A DNA stretch of 64,000 nt. Source: Eledone cirrhosa. Lineage: Eukaryota. The DNA lies in contig OZ024743.1 in the NCBI GenBank assembly GCA_964016885.1, positions 339,698,001 to 339,762,000 of the forward strand. The letters are read 5' to 3'. The position numbers were made by a program, and so were the translations under genes. The first letter of the stretch is position 1. Each line of letters begins with the position of its first letter. Of this stretch, positions 1 through 12,951 are shown one piece after another. Below the pieces are notes generated by a model, which made no database searches, was not told the DNA's origin, and saw only the letters and a list, made by a program, of their open reading frames with translations.

Positions 1-153
1 CCGAAGACGCTTCGTCCTCGAGGACGCACCCTAATTTTGACAACCAAAAATTTGAAAAGAAATGATAAACAACCTTCGGCTTCCAGAACGCATGATAGAT
101 TTTTAAGACTTATTTTAGGAAAAAAGTAGCGTCTTCGGCGCCGGGGAATACGA
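1..153. mobile_element. Partial Tc1/pogo-type MITE, cut by the window edge
   Basis: Internal GAAGACGC/GCGTCTTC inverted motifs. Ends in AAAAAGTAGCGTCTTCGGCGCCGGGGAATACGA-TA, which resembles Tc2/pogo MITE termini. Confidence 0.45.
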
Positions 154-1110
154 TAGCTACAGATTTGGATGTAGAGCCCATCTTTTTAAAGTAAAAGAAT
201 ACGCCGAAAAAAAGGGGAGGTTTGAATATAAATACATTGAAGGGGTTTCCAGTACAAATGACCAAGAAAGAAGATTTTAAAATGCAATACTCGAATAATT
301 TTCTCAGTTAGAAAGTTTCTGTTTCATATGAGGGTTTTTGAATAACAAAAGAATTGTCAAATAAAAATAAATAACTGCTTATAGCTCTTGCAGGCGTTGC
401 TCCAGAAAAGTTGCATCCAATAACTAAAACCAAGAAGAGAATTAGAAAAAAAAATTATACAGAATGATTTTATATTTTAGAATGGGCAATATCTCAACGT
501 TTCCTATGAAAGACAAAGGATTCCTTTGCAGAGTCTTTCTTCATGTCTGGTCGGTTAAGATGATTTACAATTCTCACTTGCAATGTCTTCTCCATACGCT
601 GGTCATTAAACGAAGGCCTTGAGCAGTGATGTACTAAGCAGAATAGGTGGACTACCAATGGCCCACATCAAAGGTTTGGTGGTACACGGCGAGTTTTATG
701 CCCTTGCATTATATGTTACATGATACAAATAAAAGTATATTTATATTTAGTGATCCATCAAATTTGTGGCGTCATCTTCTGTAAAATTTGTGCATCACTG
801 GTATAGAGGACAATAAACAAACGCTGCTGCAAGGAATGTAATCCCTGTAAAAGCAAATCCAAAGAAACAGTCTTTGGTGATACGACAGGATATATAATAT
901 TGGTTAGCATAAGTAAAAGGCTACACATTTTAGTAAGAATATAGTCAACTTAATCGATCACAGTACATGACTAGTATTCAGTTTACAGATCTCGATGGAT
1001 GAAAGGCAAAGTCAACTCCGGTGGAAGTTGACCTCAACATAAAAGTACGAAACTAAATACATGTAAGACATTTTGACTATCGCTCTGACGATTCTGTCAT
1101 CCAGAGCTAG

Positions 1111-1253
<143 letters not shown>

Positions 1254-1358
1254 TACTCGCTCACTTTCTCTCTCTCCATCGCTCTAACTATATGTATATA
1301 TACATATATACATTTATACACACACACATATATTTATATTCATATATTTATATTTATA

Positions 1359-1395
<37 letters not shown>

Positions 1396-1401
<6 letters not shown>

Positions 1402-1595
1402 AAGGGGGTGTGGTAAGATACCAGGTGGACCATAACGCACAGAGTACTCAATACCAGAGTACTCAATACTTAGGGTAGTAGAGTGGGTAATAGGAAAAGA
1501 GTCAGGACCCCGACGGCTGAGCTCCCGCCGTTTCGACAGCTAGATCCGAACTTCGGATCTAGCTGTCGCTCAGCCGTCGGGGTCCTGACTATTAT

Positions 1596-1600
<5 letters not shown>
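1396..1600 (-). mobile_element. Fold-back hairpin element copy A (GACAGCTAGATCCG subfamily) in (TA)n
   Basis: Inverted arms around CCGAACTTCGG plus the tail shared with the copies at 5145, 28964, 34634 and 44611. (TA)n on both sides. Confidence 0.85.
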
Positions 1601-1658
<58 letters not shown>

Positions 1659-2226
1659 GAATAATCGAGTATCGAAAAATCGGCGCACGAGTTCACGATA
1701 AACAAAATTCGAGATGAGCGGCAGAGGGCTCTATAATTCAAATAAATTAGAGCTATAACTATCGTTAAATACCGTCACACGTAGAATATGTCTACAATCA
1801 ACCAAATAACCGATAAGTTCGATATGGAAGATTCGGGACACTCAGATAAATTATCAATAAATCAATAAATGAAATGAATGTAAAATGCATACCCGGACCC
1901 ACTAGAGAGATGGAATATCTAGCTTCTTGGGTTTCTGTAAATCCTTAAACCGTCATCTATCAGCTCATATAAAAATATAAGACTTACAGATGCCGGGGGA
2001 CTGGAGTTACTTTATCAACGAGCTTCGTCCGAATGGATAGAAAGACAAGACCCATGCTAAAAAAACGCACATGGATTTCAGCAAGGGAGATATACTAGTT
2101 GAGGCTCCCAGCTTCGCCAAGGTTAACAAATGATAAGAGAAGGCCGGCAGAAGAGAAAACGTCTGTATTGAATGCATTGTCTTGTTTACAGTGTGTGTGT
2201 ATTGTGTGTGTTGCTGTGTGTTTGTG

Positions 2227-2322
<96 letters not shown>

Positions 2323-3280
2323 TGTGAGAGAGAGAGTGTGTTCGTGTGAGTGTTCGTGTGTGTGTGTGAGAGTGTGTATGTGTGTGTGTGAGTGTTCGTG
2401 TGTGTAATCCACCGTTGGAATCGGAGACATAGGCCGCGAAACACGATCATCACTGACAACGAACTCGCTGAGAGCATCCCTTATGGTTGATTCCCAACTT
2501 GCTAGAAATAGCAGTCAGGTTGGTTAGCATACGTGGTATGTCTTTCTTCTTTCGTGTTATAAAATTAGTATAAATAAACTTTCCTGGATATACACTTATC
2601 CCAATCCTGTACATACTTTCCGATTGTCACTTTTCATTTTTTTCGTGTGATACGCGAAGGAACCAACCAGCAAACATCTCTCCTTTATATCTCTTTTATT
2701 TGTTCATGCAAAATATTTTTCAGCTAATTCTGTCGTACAATATACATCAGCAATCGTTATCTAATGTTTAAAACATATGAATAGCTGCGATATATGCACC
2801 TTATTAATAAAAAACGATATGAGAATTGAATACCATACTAAAGCGCCAGTAAGCTTGCTAAGAACCTGCAGATAGACATGTTAATAAATACAACATTTGG
2901 CTTGGGTAAACTTTAAGATGTTCTTTCATTGTAGGTTTCTTTTCTCCTTCTCTCCTTCCTCTCCTCTTCCTTAGCTCACCCTAGAGCATCCTACATACAA
3001 TTGACCATGCTTTTCCCAGATGAAAGCCAGCCACTTTTAGGGTTTGATCCTGAGCTTTGTTGATGGTAATCGCGAAGCTTAGTTTCTCTCTGTTGCTCTA
3101 CTAACATTTTTTTCTTCTGGAAAATATGATCTTGCGGCCAGGCTAGGACTTTTTGGGTGGCATATCGGCAGTAACAATGACGATAAGCCGTCTGTGCTTT
3201 CGTGAAATAAATACGTTTGTTTATATTTTGTTTTTGTGTATGCAAAAATATCTGTACACGAATATATAATTATATATATA

Positions 3281-3398
3281 TATTAAAATAACAGATTAAA
3301 GTTTAAGCAAAGAATCGCTGCTTTCACCCTTAACGGGATCTTCTAAAACTAAAAAAATCAATCTGTGAACGCAGAAGTAAATATTTCGAAAAACGTTG
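3281..3398 (-). mobile_element. Hammerhead-bearing pLTR-like repeat, inverted partner of 4063-4270
   Basis: Reverse complement of 4063-4180. Further fragments at 7504-7590 and 34895-34950. Confidence 0.7.
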
Positions 3399-4018
3399 TA
3401 ATCGAAAGAAAACAGGAAGATGATACTTTGGTTCGTGAAGACGTTAGGAATGTCATATAACCGGAAGTGTTGACATTTGGAATTTTAAAGAAGTGAATAT
3501 TTAAATAATGTCTTTAATCTTTTAACAAAATTCAGTAGACAAAAATACCCTCACTTTCTTACTTGGAAAAAGTTACATCTATGGTGCAAATTTGATCCAG
3601 CCGCTTGGCGGAAAGTTTGTTACTTACAAACGGCCGGCAGCTTTATAGTATAGATATATAGTTAATAAAGGAAACAATACAAACACAGGAATGCAAAAAT
3701 ACACAGTTTGGAGGAAATGGAGGAGAGTTCAACGTTTTGGATAGAAGTCTGTCATCAGCAAAGTTCGGATAAGGAGAGAACAGGTAGATGTGTGAAAGTA
3801 GAGTGAAAGTTAGGAAAGGAAAAGAGGACAAGGGGGTTTGGAGGAGAGTGATACGTAGGGGACGTGGGCGAAAGGTCCAGCCGAGGAGGGGGCCAAATTT
3901 AGGGTTCGAGGATGTCATGGGGGTGGCTCTGTGTATGTGCCGAAGGGAAGGTATTGGTAGATGTGCGTGGCTTCAGTCTCTGTGTGTGGACACATGGATC
4001 TCACTCACTCCCTCTATC

Positions 4019-4062
<44 letters not shown>

Positions 4063-4066
<4 letters not shown>

Positions 4067-4270
4067 GTTTTCTGAAATATTCACTTCTGCGTTCACAGAT
4101 TGACTTTGTTAGTTTCAGAAGATCCCGTTAAGGGTGAAAGCAGCGATTCTTTGCTTAAACTTTAATCTGTTATTTTAATAAATATTTGCTCTACGGTTCT
4201 TATATATTTGATATATATTTATCCTTATCGAGCCCTCTTTGGATTTTAGTCTTCAAATTTATTATTATTA
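4063..4270 (+). mobile_element. Hammerhead-bearing pLTR-like repeat in (TA)n
   Basis: 4111-4161 reads AGTTT-CAGAAGA-T-CCC/GGG-T-GAAA-GCA..TGC-TT-AAACT, a type I hammerhead topology with a U4A core change. Confidence 0.65.
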
Positions 4271-4271
4271 C

Positions 4272-4318
<47 letters not shown>

Positions 4319-4401
4319 GACATCCCTGAACCCTCCAATTGCTCCCCTTCCCCCGGACGGACCTTTCGCCTAACTCCCCCTAGCTATATACATATATGTA
4401 C

Positions 4402-4467
<66 letters not shown>

Positions 4468-5059
4468 TAGACGTTCGAAACATTCTTCATTTCTTCATTA
4501 CTGTATGAAACAAAAAACAAAACAATATATAACGTTGTTTAATATAAGACTACGTCGTTTAATCTGTCATAAGATGTGATTTGAGAAAGGTGTGGTTATT
4601 ACTTCTAGCAGGTCGAACGACCGCGTTGAGATTCCTTTGCTGGTTAGACACACACCTACAGGAAATAAACGTAGTGCGACTCAGAACTACCATCCCTCTG
4701 TTATTGTTCCCTTAACACCCCCTTCTCTCTATCTTTGCCAACATCCACCGTTGCCAACATCCGCATCATCATATCATGATTCTACCTGATCGTTACTCAC
4801 CTACAATTTATAGTTGCAATTGAGAACGACATCGTTTACCATTCTTCCACATACATACATACATACATACACTCACACACGCATATATATATATATATTT
4901 AATACATTAACATAGAAAGCTTTAAGCAATACTCCGACCGACTTCCGTCTCACTCAACAAACATTAGGATATACCTTAGTATAATCCCAATTATACGTTT
5001 GCTTACTATACGTATTTTGAGGATAGCCATATTCTATTATTTTTATATGAGACATAATT

Positions 5060-5144
<85 letters not shown>

Positions 5145-5148
<4 letters not shown>

Positions 5149-5307
5149 AGAGTCAGGACACCGACGGCTGAGCTCCGGCCGTTTCGACAGCTAGATCCGG
5201 ATCTAGCTGTCGGGGTTCTGACTCTTTTCCTATTACCCAGTCTACTACCCTACGTATCGAGTACTCTGGTGCGTTTTGGTCCACCTGGTTCCTTACCACA
5301 CTTACTT

Positions 5308-5313
<6 letters not shown>
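5145..5313 (+). mobile_element. Fold-back hairpin element copy B in (TA)n
   Basis: Arms centred on GATCCGGATC, a deletion in the right arm, and the family tail. Confidence 0.85.
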
Positions 5314-5368
<55 letters not shown>

Positions 5369-5421
5369 GATTGTGTGGTTATTTCTGTTTCCCTTTTACA
5401 TACATACATACATATATATAT

Positions 5422-6810
5422 TGTTGGAGGCCACACTCTCCCCCTACTCTCGGAGTGTGGCCTCCAACATACCCCGGGTGTTCTTCGAAGCCTTAGAGAA
5501 GAACTTCCCGCCCAACCATAGGTATAGAACAATTCTTAATAGGAACAATATAAAAATATCCTTCTCTACTACTCCTAACCTAGCAGACATCATAGGAACA
5601 ACGAACCACAGTAAGATCACCAAGACACAGCACCTCGACACAGACGCACCTACACCTGACAATAACTATATCGGCCTTAACAACTCCCTGGCAGCATCCA
5701 ATAGTGTTGGCAACGGCATCCGCAGACGCAACCAGCATAACCGCGAAATGACTGGGGAACATGCAGGACATGACGTGCGGAATAACAATCGCACCACCCC
5801 GCGTGCTGTGGGTTGTAATGGTGCTAACGACAGCTGTGGTAGCGTAGGTAACAACGTAGGCAGCAACAATGATAGCCTTACCGTGGGAAATAGACGGAAC
5901 CGTGACAGAAATTGCAACTGCCGCGACAGAGGACGCTGCCCCTTAGAGGATACTGCTTGACTGATAGGGTTATATATATAGATGCACTATTACTAGCCAC
6001 AATAGCGTTAAACATTATATAGGGGCTACCTCCGGCCCGTTCAAAATTAGGTTTCGAACACATCTCCACTCTTTCACTAATAGAAAACTAAGGCACTCCA
6101 CTTCGCTCGCGGACTACATCACGTCACTAAAGGACTTAAACATCAGCTTCTCCACGCACTGGGAGATTGTCGGCAGGGCTGCACCGTACAACTTCAAGAG
6201 GAAATGCGATTTTTGCCTCATGGAGCTCGACCACATCATAACTGCACCCCACGAGCTCATCAACAGCAGAGCTGAAACAGCGATAAGTTGTACACATCGC
6301 TTAAAAATATCCTTCTTCAGATGGGTTAAGGATGAGGAGTGAAACCATACACCGGATCTCCCTGCAACAAGTCTTAACACGCCGGCGGGCAGGCGCTGCA
6401 AAATAACACCCAGGAAACAATCCTTGCATACCAGACCCAGCCTCAGACAAACAGATGCGGCAAAAAAAAAAAAATTTGTCCGGGAAAGACTGCCATAACA
6501 CCGGCCAGAGTTACCTCCCTTGACCTGCTGCAAAATCAAAACAAGATATTTTTGCGAGCAATGAACCTTGATGTGGATTTAACCCCAAAAACTCTTTCCG
6601 AGCAATATAAGGAACACTTGTGATTATTTATGCCCTTGAGAAGCCCAACTGGGCGTAACGTACGTAGGTGCTGTTTTAAATAAACATGTTTTAACGGTCT
6701 ATTCTCCGATTTTTTACCCACTAAATATTAACACTTCGAATATTTAATACTGCCGGCACTAGTATCGAGCACCTTTGGCATACGCTACTTGGCAAATAAC
6801 TATATGTATC
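5422..6810 (+). mobile_element. 5'-truncated Penelope-like element (Neptune-type): RT thumb, Cys linker, GIY-YIG endonuclease and 3' pLTR; pseudogenised
   Basis: PYSRSVASNIPRVFFEALEKNFPPNHRYRTILNRNNIKISFSTTPNL...CNCRDRGRCPL, then frameshifted pieces HSTSLADYITSLKDLNISFSTHWEIVGRAAPYNFKRKCDFCLMEL...INSRAE..SCTHR. These match Neptune-clade motifs. A hammerhead follows at 6632. Confidence 0.88.
6632..6671 (+). ncRNA. Minimal type I hammerhead ribozyme motif (U3:A8 variant, GAAA decayed to GTAA)
   Basis: GCCC-TTGAGAA-GCCCA/TGGGC-GTAA-CGTACG-TA-GGTGC. Palindromic stem III, located in the 3' region of the Penelope-like element. Confidence 0.7.
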
Positions 6811-6850
6811 ACCTATCCTCCCCTTTTTTCTCTTTCTCGATACGTAAATA

Positions 6851-6889
<39 letters not shown>

Positions 6890-6945
6890 TAGGAAAATCA
6901 ACAAAGGAGACAAGACAAAAATTAGATAGATAGATAAATAGATGT

Positions 6946-7004
<59 letters not shown>

Positions 7005-7005
<1 letters not shown>

Positions 7006-7315
7006 GATCGTGAAGTTGTGAGTTGGATTCCCGGAGCGGGCTGTGTGTTGTATTCTTGAGCAAGACACTTTATTTCCCGTTGCTCCAGTTTTCTCACTTG
7101 TAGAAATGGGTTACGACGTCATTAGTGCCAAGCTGTATCGGCTTTAGCCTTTCCCTTGGACATCAACGGTGACGTGGGAAGGGGAGAGTGGCATGCATGG
7201 ACGACTACTGGTCTTCCACAAACAACCTTGCCCGGACTTGTGCCTCTGATGGCAACTATCTAGGTACAAATCCCATGGTCCCTCGTGACCGAAGGGGGTC
7301 TTTACTCTTTACCCT
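7005..7315 (+). mobile_element. tRNA-derived SINE family 2 (TTGAGCAAGACAC core)
   Basis: Degenerate B box plus a body shared with 29294-29586. Related heads at 32370-32650 (-) and 58170-58250. Confidence 0.75.
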
Positions 7316-7470
7316 TTATATATATATACATATATATATATATACATATATATACATATATATAAATATACATATATATATATACATATATATACATATA
7401 TATACATATATATATATACATATATATATATATACATATATATATATACATATATATTTTTGTATTAATA

Positions 7471-7518
<48 letters not shown>

Positions 7519-7585
7519 ATTTGAAGACTAAAATCCAAAGAGTGAAAGCAGCGATTCTTTGCTTAAACTTGAATCTGTTATTTTA

Positions 7586-7627
<42 letters not shown>

Positions 7628-7964
7628 GTAGAACACTGGAGAGATATATCCGTAATAGTAGAGCACTCAGTATATGGGACGAGTTTGGTAGAAGTAGTTC
7701 CACAACAGTTAGTCCAGCATACATAGGGTGAAACATTTGTTCTCGGTATGGTGAACTAACTGTTGTGAAACTACTTATATATATATATATGTATATATAT
7801 AGTTCAAGGAAGCAACAGACAGAGGTACAAAAATTCTTATTAGTTTCACGCTTTATATGGAAAAGGGGAAAGAAAGTTCGACGTGTCGAGCTTAAGCCCT
7901 TCTTCGGGAATACAATAATAGAAACAGGATATATAAATATATATTGAAGGGACCTACGTCGGTT

Positions 7965-8280
7965 TCGATGATAAGTGTTCCAGTTTTTCGATCAACGGAA
8001 CAGTCTGTTCATGAAATTAATGTGTAAGTAGCTGAGTATTCCATAGACACGTGTACCCATAACGTAATTCCCAGGGAGATTCAGCGTGTCATAGTGCTTG
8101 ACAAGGCTGGATCTTTGAATTAAGGTACGTTTCATCGGATAGGTTTCCAAACAGTTTCGGTTTATCCATTTCACTCACGAGGCTATGGTAAATGACACTT
8201 ATCCAAGATACCACACAGTGGAATCGAACCTGAGACCTAATGACTGCCAAACAAACTCCTTAACCATTCAGCCATATTGT
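7965..8280 (-). mobile_element. tRNA-derived SINE family 3
   Basis: B box GGTTCGATTCC on the minus strand. Body shared with 19345-19660 and 33715-34045. Confidence 0.75.
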
Positions 8281-8699
8281 GTCCACACACTCACACACAG
8301 CACACATGCACATACACACTCACACACTCCGACATACATTCTCATATTAATTGTTTCTACTTTAGGCACAAGGCCAGCAATTACCAGTGCATTACTGGTA
8401 CTTTATTTTATCGACCTCGTAAGGATGAAAGGCAAAGTAAACCTCGGCGGGATTTTAAAATTGATAACGTTTTTACCAATAAAATAAAATTTCATTTCAG
8501 ATTTTGAAGATAGATCACCGGGAAAGATATATTGGGAAAATCTGTGACAGAGCAATACATAGGAATATTTTTGAAGACATAAATACAAAATGTTAACAGA
8601 CAAAAGGAAAAATTATAGGACGCCATGTATGTATGTATGTATGTATGTATGTATGTATGTATGTATGTATGTATGTATGTATGTATGTATGTATGTATG

Positions 8700-10165
8700 G
8701 TGTTACTGGTAACATGTATCCCAGTACAACCTGTCCCATGGTCGGGTCGTTGGCGACTAAACTGACAACCCCACCAAGGTTTCTTGGTGAGGAGGGTGAC
8801 TTTGGACATCCTGCAGGACTAAAAACAAAACCCGTCAAAGGGCAAAGGAGCTCTTAAGAGTCAATGGCCATCCAAAATCACCGGGAGAGATGACGCCTTA
8901 GCCTTTGTCAAGGCAGAATTCTAGGAGAAGGAAAACTCTGATATAACACCTGCAACCCTGATGGTATCCAATGATGTTGACTTGTTCTTCTTTTTGGTAA
9001 ATATCATCTTGGTTAAGAGAGTGGGACTGGCTTTGTGCAGTGCCTTTGCTCACTATAAAAGCTTCACGGCACAGGCATTGCTTTATATCTGGAGATCTCT
9101 CTGCACTTGTCGCCACATGGTACCATGGGCCCAGCACTATGTGTCAATAATTGTCACAAGTGTAGTGTTTGTACCAGAGTTTTCAAGTCGCTGGCTGGAC
9201 TAAAAAGTCACACTTGTTCAGCGCATCGGTAAGGGTTCTCCTACATGGATATAAAGTAGTGGCCGTACTCGAAAACGAGTTGGCAGCCACCATGTATGTA
9301 TGTATATCGTGCAATGGCCATACTCGATAACGAGGTGGCAGCCATCATGTATGTATGTATGTTTACTTGGTGGGGAGGGTGATTTTGGACACCCTGCAGG
9401 ACAAAAAACAAAACCTGACAAAAGGCGGAAGAACTCATAAGAGTCAACGGCCATCCAAAAGTGTGTAAATATGTATATGCACATGTACATATGTATGTAT
9501 ATATGTATATACATAGGTGCGGGTGGACATAGAAATAGTCGGGCTGGACACCCGATCGCGCGGTTTAACCACTGGGAGTGAAGGACCCCTAGCCTTTGTC
9601 AGGGCATTCTTCTAGAAGGCAACTCAGGAAACTGGGATAACTTCGATATAGAAGCTGCGGCTCAGTAGTTACCGATGATGTTGATCTTTTCTTCTTTTCA
9701 GGTTATAGCTACTGTCGCTCAGAGAGTGGGATTGGCTCAGTGCACAGTCTTTCCTCACTTTAAAAAATATCTTCACGCACAGGCATTGCACGATAGAATT
9801 AATTCATAATTATTAATAATGGTATATCGTGCAATGGCCATAGTCGATAACGAGGGGACAGCCATTATGTATCTATGTGTATGCATATGTATATGCGCGG
9901 GGACATAGAAATAATCGAGCTGGATACCCGATCGCGCGGTTAAACCACTGGGAGTGAAGGACCCCTAGCCTTTGTCAGGGCATTCTTCTAGGAGAAGGCA
10001 ACGCAGATATAAAACCTGCGGCTCAGTAGTTACCGATGATGCTGATCTTTTCTTCTTTTCGGGTTATAGCTACTGTCGCATCGCACGGTAATGTTATATC
10101 GTGCAATGGCCATACTCGATAACGAGGGGGCAGCCATCATGTACGTATGTATATATGCATGTATG
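8700..10165 (+). mobile_element. Head-to-tail array of a non-autonomous RTE-like element with (TGTA)n tails
   Basis: Three copies of TAGCCTTTGTCA.GGCA..TTCTAG(GA)GAAGG, which resembles RTE 5'UTR motifs (from recall). Four copies of a 3' stem-loop TGGCC.TA.TCGA.AACGAG followed by TGTA repeats. Confidence 0.55.
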
Positions 10166-10827
10166 TTCCTCTGGTTTTATAATTTTGTAAATGTTTACCA
10201 ATAGAGAGAGTCGGTTTCTAACATTGACATAAGACTCTTTCATTGGAATTTAGACATCAACTAGGTAGATATGTATGCATGTCTGCATGCGTGTGTGTAT
10301 GGGTGTGCAGGTATGGGTGTTATTGTATGTGTGGATGTGGATATTTTGAGTTATATGTGTGCATGTGCATATGTTTTATATCTGTACATGTGTATATGCA
10401 GTAATTACACGCTGAATTTTTGGAATGTTTTACATATTTTTACTGTTCCATTAATAGATTGTACTTCTAATTTCCTAACTAATCGTGGTCTTTCTGGTTC
10501 TGTGAAGCCCAGGTATAAATCTGAAGGTATAGTCAGGGTGGAGTATCTACAGATTCCTCATTAGGTCTGCATAGATATTCTCCTTTTCGCTAATCTTTGA
10601 TATTATATTGGCATCTGCTGGCCAGCTAACTTCCACTACTGTGTATGCCTTCTTTTCCCTATCCTATATCATTATATCTGGTCTGTTATGCTTGCATTTT
10701 ATTTGGGTTTTTACTGGAACATTCCACCAGTACTCTTTCATATTATGTATATGTGTCTGTCCGTCTGCCTGCCTGTCTGTCTGTCTATCTGCCTGTCTGT
10801 CTGTCTGTATGTATGTATGTATAATTA

Positions 10828-10922
<95 letters not shown>

Positions 10923-11120
10923 TAGTATATTCCATATACATATGAACTTGTGGGTTAAACGAGAGAGAAAGAGATCAATCAACACAAAACAAAGAAGTTA
11001 AAAATATTATATTAAGTTTAACGTAACTTCGTACTACCAACGATTTCAAGTCAAAAGACGTCAGATTCATCAGATGCACTGAAGTTTGGAGCTACTGCCC
11101 ACTTTTCATAATTTAATTTC

Positions 11121-11180
<60 letters not shown>

Positions 11181-11435
11181 AGTGTAACTTACAGAGTCGG
11201 GTAAGATCGATACAGATCGAACCTTGAGCTGATCAGTGGCGAAACGCGCGTCACCAACCAATATATGTAATGAAGGAGTAACCAATCGTCCTTGTTATCT
11301 TTTCAATATCTATATAAAATTTAATGAAGCAGTTCTAGTCCGGTAGAAACAATTTCTATATTAAATTTGTTGTTTACACTCTACTAATATATTGAGTACC
11401 TTACTTACTGTGATTACCCCCGATTGATCCCGCGA

Positions 11436-11485
<50 letters not shown>

Positions 11486-11489
11486 GAGA

Positions 11490-11562
<73 letters not shown>

Positions 11563-11704
11563 ATTGATTGATAGATATTATAATTACTAAATTCAACGCT
11601 ATAATATTGAGGGGTTTTCAAATAATTTATATTCAATTTGTTGCTACCAATGTGCCGTCTGTTGAGCTCTTTGTGCGAGGTTATCAAAGAACCAAATAAT
11701 ATAT

Positions 11705-12000
11705 GTATAAAGCAGCTGACCTAAGAAGCATTAGAAACATTTGAAATTTGAAATGACCATAATAATAATCGGTCACTATAAGTGTAATAGTTAATGGTTT
11801 CTCCTAGCATCCGAGATGTGCAAGGTTCGATTCCTCGCAGCTGTCTCTGTCTACATTTTTCTTTCTCCAGGGGTACTTTACCTGATTTTCTAAACAAGTA
11901 TTTATAATGCTTGAGTATTATTATATTCATTTGCGTTGGGACGATCACTATTCAAATTTCAAATTTTTTCAATGCTTTTTATGTCAACCGCTTGTTTACA
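11705..12000 (+). mobile_element. Inverted-repeat element enclosing a tRNA-Ala-like head
   Basis: Imperfect ~50 bp inverted ends. Internal A-box-like sequence, CTAGCAT anticodon-like loop and B box GGTTCGATTCC. A second family member lies at ~49165-49365. Confidence 0.55.
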
Positions 12001-12136
12001 CTTTTAGCTACACATAGCCTTAATATCTTCTAAAACGATGGCAGACATCGACTCTTTAGCGTAATGATTAACGAACAAGGTTCGGATCTAGCTGTCTAAA
12101 CGGCCGGAGCTCAGCCGTCGGTGACCTGACTCTTTT

Positions 12137-12183
<47 letters not shown>

Positions 12184-12347
12184 CAAGGCTCTGATACCAT
12201 CAACACTATAAACACAGAGCTGGCATATCTAAGAACTGACTAACTGCCTGATGAAATATATATAGCAGTAAATAAAGGATTATGAGTTCATGCAATTGAC
12301 TTATGTTTCGTCACTATATATATATATATAACAATTATCTATTTATC

Positions 12348-12383
<36 letters not shown>

Positions 12384-12394
12384 GATAAATAGAT

Positions 12395-12583
12395 AATTGT
12401 TTCTACGTTAGGCACAAGGCCAGCAATTACCCAGTGCATTACTGGTACTTTATTTTATCGACCCCGTAAGGATGAAAGGCAAAGTCAACCTCGGCGGGAT
12501 TTGAACTCAGATCGTAAAGGGACGTAACTATGCTGGAAAGCATGGCGTCCGACCCTCTACCGATACTGCCAATCCACCGCCCT
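12395..12583 (-). mobile_element. Abundant tRNA-derived SINE family 1 (Meta-domain-like core), full-length representative
   Basis: A box TGGCAGTATCGG, B box GAGTTCAAATCC, core GCCTTTCATCCTTACGGGGTCGATAAAATAAAGTACCAG. Roughly 30 full or partial copies in the window (e.g. 8349, 19939, 27937, 28260, 31878, 42068, 49385, 54829). Confidence 0.92.
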
Positions 12584-12737
12584 AATGATTAGCTATTACA
12601 CATGTTTTACGTTTCAAGTTCTAGAACTATATCGTAGCATCAGGTAAATATTTGTGTACACATTTACACCCACATAACCACACACATGTACATATATTTT
12701 ATATACACACACACACACACACACACACAGACAGACA

Positions 12738-12778
<41 letters not shown>

Positions 12779-12913
12779 TCACACATACATATATATATAT
12801 ATATATATACTCACAAATACATATATATATACTCACATATACACACACACATGAACATGTATGTAAATGGAAACATTCATCACAGAATCCCATTCATTCA
12901 TTAAATAGATGCC

Positions 12914-12951
<38 letters not shown>

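Noticed and set aside
3400-3655. Helitron/HINE-like 3' end (TGCAAATTTGATCCAGCCG...CTTTATAGTATAGAT)
   Set aside because: The resemblance is from recall only; it is a single copy with no 5' terminus identified.
8700-8766. Possible HDV-like ribozyme (CAGT/ACTG pairing, TCG/CGA hairpin, CTAA)
   Set aside because: I could not place the P1 3' strand and P3/L3 in the required order. It may be structured, but HDV-like is not supported.
11040-11075. CTGATGA...GAAA on the minus strand, plus similar words at 20574 and 42695
   Set aside because: Stems I and II do not pair convincingly, so they were not counted as hammerheads.
11770-11845. tRNA gene
   Set aside because: The acceptor and D stems do not pair; it is a repeat-derived tRNA-like head. 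The same applies to the SINE heads.
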